Below, in pieces: positions 14,792-25,520 of a stretch of 64,000 nt of DNA. The notes under the pieces are model-generated. The model ran no database searches. It was not told where the DNA came from and saw only the letters and a program-made list of their open reading frames with translations. Source of the stretch: Octopus vulgaris (lineage: Eukaryota); contig OX597819.1 in the NCBI GenBank assembly GCA_951406725.2, positions 62,001 through 126,000 on the forward strand, written 5' to 3'. Position 1 is the stretch's first letter, and the number at the start of each line of letters is the position of its first letter. The translations under genes were made by a program, and so were the position numbers.

Positions 14792-14889
<98 letters not shown>
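14768..14889. repeat. (GATA)n array separating two Tx1-like LINEs
   Basis: Directly visible; contains the GTTAGTTA variant also found at 8821-8850. Confidence 0.95.
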
Positions 14890-14890
<1 letters not shown>

Positions 14891-17148
14891 GTTTCTTTAT
14901 TGGCCACACAGGGCTGCACACAGATGGGACAAGTTACAAGGTAGAGCTTTTCTTTTGGGGGGATGAAAAAAAAAACCCAAAAAACAAAGGAAACAAAAAA
15001 AATCCTTGCTACATTCACCCATCTTTTTTTAAAACATTCGCTAGACAAAACTTGCCTCTCTACTCTCACTTTCCTTTTCAAGTGGTACTTGAAGAAGTTG
15101 ATGAGAGATTGACCATAGAGGAAAGTGTTTGTCTCCAATCCTTTCAGACGCGTCCACCAGATACATTCTTTCGCCATAGCCACAAGGATGATGAAAATAG
15201 CCCTTCCTTCCCGTTTGAAGGAAGGAGGCGTGACAATATTGACGATAGACAAAACTTGCCTCTCTACTCTCACTTTCCTTTTCAAGTGGTACTTGAAGAA
15301 GTTGATGAGAGATTGACCATAGAGGAAAGTGTTTGTCTCCAATCCTTTCAGACGCGTCCACCAGATACATTCTTTCGCCATAGCCACAAGGATGATGAAA
15401 ATAGCCCTTCCTTCCCGTTTGAAGGAAGGAGGCGTGACAATATTGACGATAGACAAAACTTGCCTCTCTACTCTCACTTTCCTTTTCAAGTGGTACTTGA
15501 AGAAGTTGATGAGAGATTGACCAGAGAGGAAAGTGTTTGTCTCCAATCCTTTCAGACGCGTCCACCAGATACATTCTTTCGCCATAGCCACAAGGATGAT
15601 GAAAATAGCCCTTCCTTCCCGTTTGAAGGAAGGAGGCGTGACAATATTGACGATTACTTTCACTTTCCTTTTCAAGTGATACTTGAAGAAGTTGATGAGA
15701 GATTGACCAGAGAGGAAAGTGTTTGTCTCCAATCCTTTCAGACGCGTCCACCAGATACATTCTTTCGCCATAGCCACAAGGATGATGAAAATAGCTCTTC
15801 CTTCCCGTTTGAAGGAAGGAGGCGTGACAATATTGACGATAGACTCAGCTGATAAACCGACTCGTCCCACACGTGACAGCAGTTGTTCGACATAAGCCCA
15901 CAGGTCGGAAATTGTTGGACACTGCACGAGTGCGTGCAGAACGGTTTCGTCGCTCTGACCGCATCACGGGCAGGTCGGCCCTGGGTTTCTCGAGCCGTGT
16001 CTGTAGAGCTTATCCCGAATGGGTAGCGCTTCTCGGTAGCACTGCCAGGCCAGGGATCTCTGGAAGTTGTCCATGGGCCCTGGCCCGAAAGTCGTCCCGA
16101 ACAGGCGGGTCAGGTACTCCTCGTCGACGTCCAGGTTCGCCCCGAGCTCGTCGTCGTACCTCCCCTCCACTAATCCCCTATAGAATGCTTTGGTTGTGAT
16201 GAAGTCACTCAAGGTCGACCCGGGACGGCAGAGTTGCTTGAGAGCAACGCGACACTCGCGGTGCCATTCGCCCTTCCTCGGCCTCTTTTTGATCCACGAC
16301 TGCAGTTCGGTCATGGAGACGAGTTGCGGGAAAGTGTGCCTCACAAACGGCGACCACACCTGTTCACCGTTGTCTACGTAGAGCCGGAGATGTCACAGTC
16401 TCAGCGCATGTCTGCGCATCATCAACCACGACATGCCCAGTTCTTCTTTTAACAGGTGTTGACAGCAAATGGATCGCCTGACCATCGGGACGCATCCTTT
16501 CCACAAGAAGCGAAAGAGAATGCGTTCTAGTTTGGTGATGGTAGGGTCGGGACAAGGCACGACCGTCAGGCGGTAGTAGATGACGGACGCGATGTACGTG
16601 TTCGCCACCTCCGCCCGACCTTTTAGGGACAGTTTCCTCTCGGCCCATTGCCGGGCGAGAGTGACCACCCTACTCGTTATCTCGTTCCAGTTCTTCTCCA
16701 CTCGGAGGTCCGGACCAAACCAGACCCCGAGCAACTCAACCGGGTCGTCGGTCCAGCGTCCCACGACGGAGGCGCTGGTGGACGGCATGGGCTTGCTTCT
16801 CCAGGTGCCTAGTCGCAAGCCCACTGACTTTTCCCGGTTGATTTTCACTTCCGTCACCGCTTCGTAGTTTTTCAGTGTCTCGCCGACCTGCTCGATGTGC
16901 TCATGGCTAGACACTATTACGTTGACGTCGTCCGCGTATGCTGACACGCTCGTCCCGCATCCCAGTTCTCGCGGGATGCCCCTCAAAGTTGCCAGCTTCC
17001 GCAATAATGGCTCGAGAGTCAATACGTATAGAAGCGACGAGAGGGGGCATCCCTGACGGACCGAACGTGCGATGTCGAAGGGTCTCGATAGATGTCCATT
17101 TACGCGAATTACCGACGGGTGCCTCTGTACAAAGCGGCTATCCAGCCC
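14889..17148 (-). mobile_element. 5'-truncated second Tx1-like LINE (related subfamily) with an internal 204-bp tandem amplification
   Basis: VRQGCPLS, AYADD and the C-terminal region are homologous to 9180-10790; similar 3' terminus; truncated at 17148. Confidence 0.92.
15043..15845. repeat. About four tandem copies of a 204-bp ORF2 segment
   Basis: Identical 63-aa ORFs at 15125 and 15329 (offset 204); the peptide IVNIVTPPSFKREGR occurs four times in the 14791-15927 ORF. Confidence 0.95.
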
Positions 17149-17315
17149 AAAACCATATAAAATAAATATACATACAAACCCACATACATACACATGCGAA
17201 TATCCATATATATACATATACGTATGCCCATGCATATACATACAGACACACGCATACATATAAATACACAAGCACATATATATACACATATACATACACA
17301 TACATATACACACAT

Positions 17316-17384
<69 letters not shown>

Positions 17385-17452
17385 TCGGGGTTAACCACAG
17401 TAAATAAGGTACTCAATACATAGCAGAGTAAATTAATTTATTTTATAGAAGG

Positions 17453-17503
17453 AGCTTCTACAGGACTAGAACTGTTTCATTCAAAAGAAATCATCAGGAA
17501 GCT
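17453..17503 (-). ncRNA. Type I hammerhead ribozyme motif, antisense twin of 17500-17550
   Basis: Exact reverse complement inside the perfect palindrome 17436-17567. Confidence 0.85.
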
Positions 17504-17550
17504 TCCTGATGATTTCTTTTGAATGAAACAGTTCTAGTCCTGTAGAAGCT
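17500..17550 (+). ncRNA. Type I hammerhead ribozyme motif (predicted GUA cleavage after 17544)
   Basis: AGCTTC-CTGATGA-TTTCTTTTGAAT-GAA-ACAG(ttctagtc)CTGT-A-GAAGCT; stem I 6 bp, stem III 4 bp, weak stem II. Confidence 0.85.
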
Positions 17551-17565
17551 CCTTCTATAAAATAA

Positions 17566-17604
<39 letters not shown>

Positions 17605-17792
17605 CATACAAATACACATACACATACACGCAAACACACGCACATATATATATATATATATACATATATATACCTACATATACACACACACACACATATA
17701 TATTTTTTCTCCTCATCTTCCTCCCTTATTTTATTTTTATTTTTATTTCCTTTTCTCTATTTGTCTCTCCACCCTACTCCAAACACATAGAG

Positions 17793-17840
<48 letters not shown>

Positions 17841-18867
17841 ACACACACACACAAAAAAAAAACACACGTACACATAGAGACGCGCACACACACATCTCCA
17901 TAGTACAGTCATATAAAGTAGATGAATTTCTTAGCTGACCGTCTTCAAAATCATAAGGGTTTAATTTATGACCTGCCTACACACCGACACACATTCAGTG
18001 ACGCTAGAATAGAGAAACGCCAAAAGTCCCTAGAACTCCCCTTGGGATTCCAGTCGGCCAAAGGGGATCCTTCTACCACTCCCCACTCCCTTCCTTTCTA
18101 TCTCGTTACCCACGGATACAAAGGCACACACTCACACACACGCACACTCATACACATACACATACACACATGTTCTCTCACTCATTTCCTCCTCATCCAC
18201 TTATACATATGCATATATCTTTCTCTACATGCACATATATATACATATATATACATACACAAATACACACATGCGTACATACATAAATGTACCCACGTTC
18301 ACATAAACATATGCATAATTATGCATATATAAACACACATGTATAAACGTACTTCTGTACACATAAGCACACATAAACATCTGCCCGCTTATATAAACGC
18401 ATATGCACATATAAAACCATATGTGCATATAAACATACATACGCATATATACGCATCCATACGCATATAAATACATATATGCACACATGCATGCATACCT
18501 GTATACATAAATGCATACATGCATATACATACATACACACATATATACATACATGCACATACATATGCATACATAAACATATGCACATATAAATACACAT
18601 ACGCATATCTACACACGTACACTCACACACACTCACACACTGACACACACACACCTATATATACATATAAATGTCTACAAGTCCATACATTTACACACAT
18701 ACACATATATATATATACATATACATATATATATATATATATATGTAGGTCCCGGGTTGATTCGGGGTTAACCACAGTAAATAAGGTACTCAATACATAG
18801 CTGAGTAAAATTAATTTATTATATAGAAGGAGCTTCTACAGGACTAGAACTGTTTCATTCAAGAGAA

Positions 18868-18918
18868 AGCTTCCTGAAGATTTCTCTTGAATGAAACAGT
18901 TCTAGTCCTGTAGAAGCT
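18868..18918 (+). ncRNA. Type I hammerhead ribozyme motif (predicted cleavage after 18912)
   Basis: AGCTTC-CTGAAGA-TTTCTCTTGAAT-GAA-ACAG...CTGT-A-GAAGCT; differs from the 17500 copy only at core N7 and loop 2. Confidence 0.85.
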
Positions 18919-18941
18919 CCTTCTATATAATAAATAAATAA

Positions 18942-18984
<43 letters not shown>

Positions 18985-19809
18985 CATACATACATATATA
19001 CACATACATACATACATATATACACATACATACATACATACATACATACATACATACACCCATACACAAGTATACAAGCATATACATATACATATATATA
19101 CATAAATACACATACGCATACATATAAATACATACAAGCCTACGTATGTATACACATACACATATACATACATACATACATAAACCTATACATGTATATA
19201 CTCATACTTACACATGCACATACACACATATATATATATATATTTACATATACATAAATACACACATGCGTACATATATATACATATACACCTATACATA
19301 CATACATACATACATACACATAGATACACGCACATAAGCACAAACATATAAATATTTATATACACATAAATTTATACATATGCATACACATACACATACA
19401 TATATGCTCGTGTACACACACACATGCATTAATACATACACCCACATATACAAACATATGCACGTATACACACATGCATATACACGCATACATATACACA
19501 CACATATATATACACACATACATATATACATACATATACATATATATATATATATATATATACATACATATATATATACACACAAACCTGCACACATATA
19601 CACATACACACGTATACACGCCCACACATACACACGTACATACACTAATGCACACACACACATACAGATACATATATGCACTCGTATACATACATGTGCA
19701 CATATACACATGCCCACTTCCATATATATGTATATCGTCTTAGGAGAGAAGGTAATTGGGGGTGATGAAGGAACGGTGGGGGTGGGGGGCTTTTGTGGGT
19801 GGGGTGACG

Positions 19810-20165
19810 TCAATCGGGTTGCCGGGTGGGTCTGTAATGTTTGTAGTTTGCATAAATTTTGTGCATACAGTTTGGGGAGTGTTCCGAGATCTTGTTGAGG
19901 AGAGGGCCTTTGGCGAACAAGATCTCCAGGCTCTCAGAAATGCAAAGGTCGTAGCAAGTATGGCCTCCAGTGTAAGAACGCGCCCTCTTTAGTAGTCTCC
20001 ACTTGATCTTGAAAGGGATGGAGTTCCTTTTTAGGTGCCAGATATGGGCGGTGAGAATAGTCTGGTTAGATTTGTCAGGTCGCCGGAACGAATGTGTGTG
20101 GGCGTACCAGCGAGTCTTAAAACTATTTGACGTCATTCCGATGTACGATTTTCTAGGAACTGTTG
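19810..20165 (-). pseudogene. Penelope-like GIY-YIG endonuclease C-terminal fragment
   Basis: SYIGMTSNSFKTRWYAH..SF...HIWHLK...IKWRLL...DLCISE...LLNK..E....CMH follows the PLE endonuclease pattern. Confidence 0.8.
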
Positions 20166-20568
20166 GCGTTTCTCTATTCTAGCGTCACTGAATGTGTGTC
20201 GGTGTGTAGGCAGGTCATAAATTAAACCCATATGATTTTGAAGACGGTCAGCTAAGAACTTCGTCTACTTTGTATGACTGTACTATGGAGGTATGTGTGT
20301 GCGCGTCTCTGTGTGTACGTGTGTGTTTTTTTGTGTGTGTGTGGGGGGGATGTGTGCGTGTGTGTGTGCGCGCGCGTGTCTCTATGTGTTTGGAGTAGGG
20401 GGAGAGACAAATAGAGAAAAGGAAATAAAAATAAAAATAAAATAAGGGAGGAAGATGAGGAGAAAATATATATGTGTGTGTATATGTGGGTATATATATA
20501 TGTGCGTGTGTTTGCGTGTTTGCATGTATGTGTATGTGTACTTGTATGTGTGTATATATATGTATGTA

Positions 20569-20617
<49 letters not shown>

Positions 20618-21004
20618 ATGTGTGTATATGTATGTGTATGTGTATATATATATATGCTTGTGTATTTATATGTATGTGTGTGTGTGTGTCTGTATGTATA
20701 TGCATGGGCATACGTATATGTATATATATGGATATTCGCAAGTGTATGTATGTGGGTTTGTATGTATATTTATTTTATATGGTTTTTCATTTATCTACTT
20801 CTTCCCTCAACTTAATAACAACAACAACAAAATGACTAAAAGCAATAGTCTTCTAATTTACCTAAAACTCTATTCAATTATTCTATTTATTCATTTATTT
20901 ACTTTATCACTGATTCTTTTGACAACTCCCTTAAGAACGATAGTTTGCGATCTGCTTACCCAAAAAACGTCCCCCACCACCACCCCATTAAATCTGCCTA
21001 AAGG

Positions 21005-21011
21005 TATAAAT
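21005..21011 (+). promoter_or_regulatory. Candidate TATA box of a Penelope pseudo-LTR
   Basis: GGTATAAATACC about 29 nt upstream of the hammerhead stem I. Confidence 0.4.
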
Positions 21012-21033
21012 ACCAGACCTTATTTTGACAGCC

Positions 21034-21084
21034 AGCTTCCTGATGATTTCATTTGAATGAAACAGTACTAGTCCTGTAGAAGCT
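21034..21084 (+). ncRNA. Type I hammerhead ribozyme motif (predicted cleavage after 21078)
   Basis: AGCTTC-CTGATGA-TTTCATTTGAAT-GAA-ACAG(tactagtc)CTGT-A-GAAGCT. Confidence 0.85.
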
Positions 21085-21092
21085 CCTTCTAT

Positions 21093-21163
<71 letters not shown>

Positions 21164-21210
21164 ATATATATATATAGTTATACATACATACATTCATACA
21201 TACATACAAA

Positions 21211-21353
21211 GCAGCGTGGAAAATGTTTATAAGCCATCACACAAAAAAAAAAAAACACGAAAATATTTTGACACAAATTAAATTTAAATGCTGAAGTGAA
21301 TCTAACGGATGTTTGTGTGTTCTTAAATGACTTATAAACATCTTCCACGCGGC
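21211..21353. mobile_element. Small MITE-like or fold-back element
   Basis: Imperfect 27-bp inverted ends GCAGCGTGGAAAATGTTTATAAGCCAT / ATGACTTATAAACATCTTCCACGCGGC. Confidence 0.55.
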
Positions 21354-21503
21354 AATTATATATAATGTTATAATTATATATAAGGTTATAATGGATACAG
21401 ATCGTGTATCAATAGCTATCTTAAGGCGGTGGCCTCATGGAGCTGACCAGCGGCAGCGATTATTCTTATATCTATAAGAATGCCATATTAATATGGCGAT
21501 AAC

Positions 21504-21565
<62 letters not shown>

Positions 21566-21568
<3 letters not shown>

Positions 21569-22258
21569 CGTGGTTTCAGCTCAGAGCTGCGGCCATGCTG
21601 GAATACTGCCGTTTTGCTACACGGTAATTGAGAGCCTCCTCTAATATGTGACATTTGGTGAATAAGGGAGTTTGATGTCGCTACCTACATTTGCACCTCT
21701 TGCCATGAGGTAGGTGCATCTGGGACTCTCGACAGGAAGAGGTCCAGTTTTGATTTGAAAACACCTACATCCACTTTGTGTAGTTTCCTCAGGCTCTTTG
21801 GGAGAATATTAAAAAGCTGTGGACCCCTGAAACCCAGGCTGTTGCAGTAACTGTTCCTGAAGCGCGATGGCATTGCTGGGATCTTCGGCACTGTGAAGTG
21901 TCGATGCGTTGCCAAAATTTGGCACAATTCCTTCCAGGATCTTCCAAATGTATATTACTGCATACCTCTCCCGCCTTCGCTCCAGGGAGTAGAGTCTTGG
22001 CTGTTTCAGCCTTTCCCAGTAGCCGAACTGTTGCAATGAGACGATCTTCTTTTTGAAGCTTCGCTGGATTGCTTCAAAGTCCGCTGTTAATTTTACACTG
22101 TTGGGTGACCATAGCTGGGAGCAGTAATCCAGGCGGCTGAGGACGAATACCTTCCAGAGGACCATTATTGTTTCTTTCTCCCTGGTTCTGAACGTTCTTA
22201 GGATCCATCCAGCTAGTCGTCTGCACTTTGTCGCCATATATAAACGTAATAGATGCAT
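21566..22258 (-). mobile_element. CR1/L2-group LINE 3' fragment
   Basis: RLDYCSQLWSP, LYSLERRRERY, GPQLFNILP; same family as 32170-35155. Confidence 0.85.
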
Positions 22259-22929
22259 TCCTGTTATATATTACACAGACTTGAAACGTACGTATTAAAT
22301 GATTTCAAGATATTTGGTTCGACTTCATTCCTACAGCTACACACACACACACACACACACGTATACACATATGTACACACAAACACGCACACACAAGCAC
22401 AGACATACAAACGCACGCACATATATGTATACACACACGCACATACACACGCACGCACACACATATATGTATATATATATATGTGCATGTGCTCTTTGCT
22501 TCATTCACTGGTTTCAACCATTGGATTACCACGTACTGGAACGCAGCCTTCAAGTTTTGTTACTGTTGTTGTTATTGTTGTTTCGGTTGATTACATACTT
22601 ATTCTATTGACCAAGCATAACAGATGTTCCCCATTACCTCTTTCCGCTTTGTCTTACCTCTTTCTCTCTCTCTCTCTCAACCTCTATGTCTTTCTCCGTT
22701 TGTTTGTCTATCTGCCTCTCTGTCTCTCTGTCTCCCTCTCTCTCTGTTTCCCTCTCTCTCTGTCTCCCTCTCTCTCTGTCTCTCTCTCTCTCTCTGTCTG
22801 TCTCTCTCTCTCTCTCCATGCTCACCTTACCAACGTACATCAAACACCTTTATCAGTGTTACATCGAAGACTAATTGTATATCGGCTGATGTGAAATTAA
22901 CTCCTGAACACTACTGCCGCTACCTTCGC

Positions 22930-23180
22930 CACCCTACCACCACCACCACCACCACCACCATAACCACAACAACCACAACAACAACAATAACAGCGACAGC
23001 CACGACAACCACGACTCCCCACAAGCACTGCCAGCATCTCCTCACACCATCACCAAATGACTCCTTAGCATCACTAGTAACAACAGCAAACAAGGCGGAA
23101 CACTCACACACGAAGAAGTAAGAAAACAAAAGGAAAAGACAACCGACTACACCACCACCACCACCACCACCACCACCACC

Positions 23181-23234
<54 letters not shown>

Positions 23235-23440
23235 GCCGTCGTCGTCGTCGTCGTAGCCACTACCATCACCGCCGCCACCGCCGACCGCTGTTGCCACCAA
23301 CACCTCCGTCATCTCCACTACTACCACCCCCATCATCACTATCACGACCACTGCAGCCGCTGCCACCACAGCTTCAGTCATCATCATCATCATCATCAAC
23401 GTCGTCGTCCTCGACCTCGTTGTCGTCGTCGTCGTCATCA
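22930..23440. repeat. Compound trinucleotide repeats (CAC/CAT/CGT/CAA)
   Basis: Directly visible. Confidence 0.9.
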
Positions 23441-23632
23441 CGAATGTTAATTTCCCTACCCCACCCAGATATAAAACATCACCCCTTTTCTTTCCTCACT
23501 CAGACTCCCACTCTTTCATCTCCTACCCCCATCCTTGCATATTTCGCTTACTTACCCGAATGCGGTAAACGAACGAGATGCACGCATGCACAAACACAAT
23601 CACGCGCACAATTCTCACATACGCGTATATAG

Positions 23633-23692
<60 letters not shown>

Positions 23693-24310
23693 GTACATGT
23701 TACAAGAACACATATACATTCCTATATAGACAATCACACATCCGGAAACAATATATAAAAGCTCACTGACACACACACATCCAAATACACAACCACATAA
23801 AATCACTCACGAAACCACTCACGTACATCCAGGCGCAATCACATATCCACATAGTCAAAAGTACACACACACACACATACACGTACATAGCAACCCTTCC
23901 TACATCAGCATACACATATACAAACAGTCATGCATTCATCAACAGAAATACATATAACACTCACACTCCAACCAAACAAATGTATAATAGGAGGATACAA
24001 TTGAAAACAGCGCACGGAATTATTTACTGTGTCTCAGATGTCTTGCGGACAGGATGAGGTACGATGTTCCCCAATTATTTTTGGCACAGAGATGGTACTG
24101 GAGATTTACGTATCCTTCAGGAACTGGCTTCTATGTAAGTAACAAACTGGCCTGTTACTGTCTCTTTGAAATGTTTAGCCACATTTATTCAGTTTTTCGA
24201 ATGAAAACAACTTGCGCATTTTGTTTGTAGTTTCAAACTAAAATATCAGCTATTATAAAATACACTCAAAAGGTAGAACTGAATGGAAATAGTTACCCTG
24301 CGTTTAAATA

Positions 24311-24814
24311 CCGTAAATCCTCGAGTATAGTCCGCTGGGGATTTTTAGGGGGCTGTACCTCTGAAAAACCTAAACCTTGTGTATAATACGCACCCCTTCT
24401 CTAACTTGAGTCAAGGAGGTCTATATAACGCCCTTGGTTTGTAAAAATGTATATTGTAACGTCCTTTATTATTATTGTATATATAACATAATGCAAATGT
24501 GTAGCTTTTTTGTGCATTTTGTTTGCAGAAAATAAAGAAATAACAGTAATAACAGTAATAACGTTTAATAAATGTTGCTTACTGTAAGTTATGAAAGCTC
24601 CTTTTATGACTTCATTGCTTTCAGGCTTAGCTTAAGGTATTTTCATGTCCGGCATCACAAAATGCATCTGAATAAACATAGCCAGACAGCAAATAGAGAC
24701 TCGGACATTGCTTAGAAAATATTTTTCATTTTTAACCTCGTATATAGTATGCACTAGGGAGTTTGACCTTTAAATTTTTGGGGGAAAATGCGGATTATAC
24801 TCGAAGATTTACGG
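24311..24814. mobile_element. Tc1/mariner-superfamily MITE
   Basis: TIRs CCGTAAATCCTCGAGTATAGTCCGC / GCGGATTATACTCGAAGATTTACGG with TA on both sides. Confidence 0.85.
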
Positions 24815-24892
24815 TAGTTTTGTTAATCCTTTACTATTTCTGTGACGTTTTTCTTTCTTCCTAATTTCTTGTATTAGTAGTAAGGCGAAAAA

Positions 24893-25520
24893 AAGGCGAG
24901 CTGGCAAGCAGAAACAAAATGCTTAGCGGCATTTCGTCCGTCTTTACGTTCTAGGCTCAAATTCCGCCCGGCTTGACTTTGTCCTTGATCTTTTCGTGGT
25001 CTATAAAATAAATATGTCAATTATTGATGTAATCAACTACCCGCCTCCTCTGAAATTGCTGGCTGTGTGCCAAAATTTGAAATTACTATTAGTAAGGCAT
25101 TGCGCCTATAGCAGAAAGGATTATTAGAAAGGCAAAAGCGTCGAGCACACCAGACAAAATGCTTAGAACATTTCGCCTGTATTTACGTTCTGAGTTCAAA
25201 TTCCGCAGAGGTCGACTTTGCTTTTCATCATTACAGGATCTATAAAATATATACCAGTTGAATACTGGGGGTTGATGTGATCGAATAGCTCCCTTCCCAG
25301 AAATTGCTGGCCTTCTGCCAAAATTTGGAATTATTATTAGTAAGACGGCAAATTGGTAGAATCAAGCGCATCGACTCTTTAGTGCTGAGCTCAAATCCCA
25401 CAGAAATCAGCTTTGCTTTTCATCCTTTAAGGATCGATAAAATAAGAACCGGTTTAGCGCTGGGATCGATGTAATCGATTTACCCCCGCCCCTCAACATT
25501 GCCGGTCTTGTGCCATAAAT
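24893..25520 (+). mobile_element. Three head-to-tail copies of SINE family B
   Basis: GAGTTCAAATTCCG B-box, GACTTTGC.TTTCATCCTTT..GG.TC.ATAAAATAA centre and GCCTTGTGCCAAAATTTG tail repeated three times, separated by ATTATTAGTAAG-like linkers. Confidence 0.8.

Larger units (their letters stand above)
17149..21097. mobile_element. Rearranged Penelope-like element remnant: inverted arms (17149-18023 and 20163-20786), GIY-YIG fragment and hammerhead-bearing end
   Basis: Arms are reverse complements of each other; GIY-YIG peptide at 19810-20165; hammerhead at 21034-21084. Confidence 0.7.
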
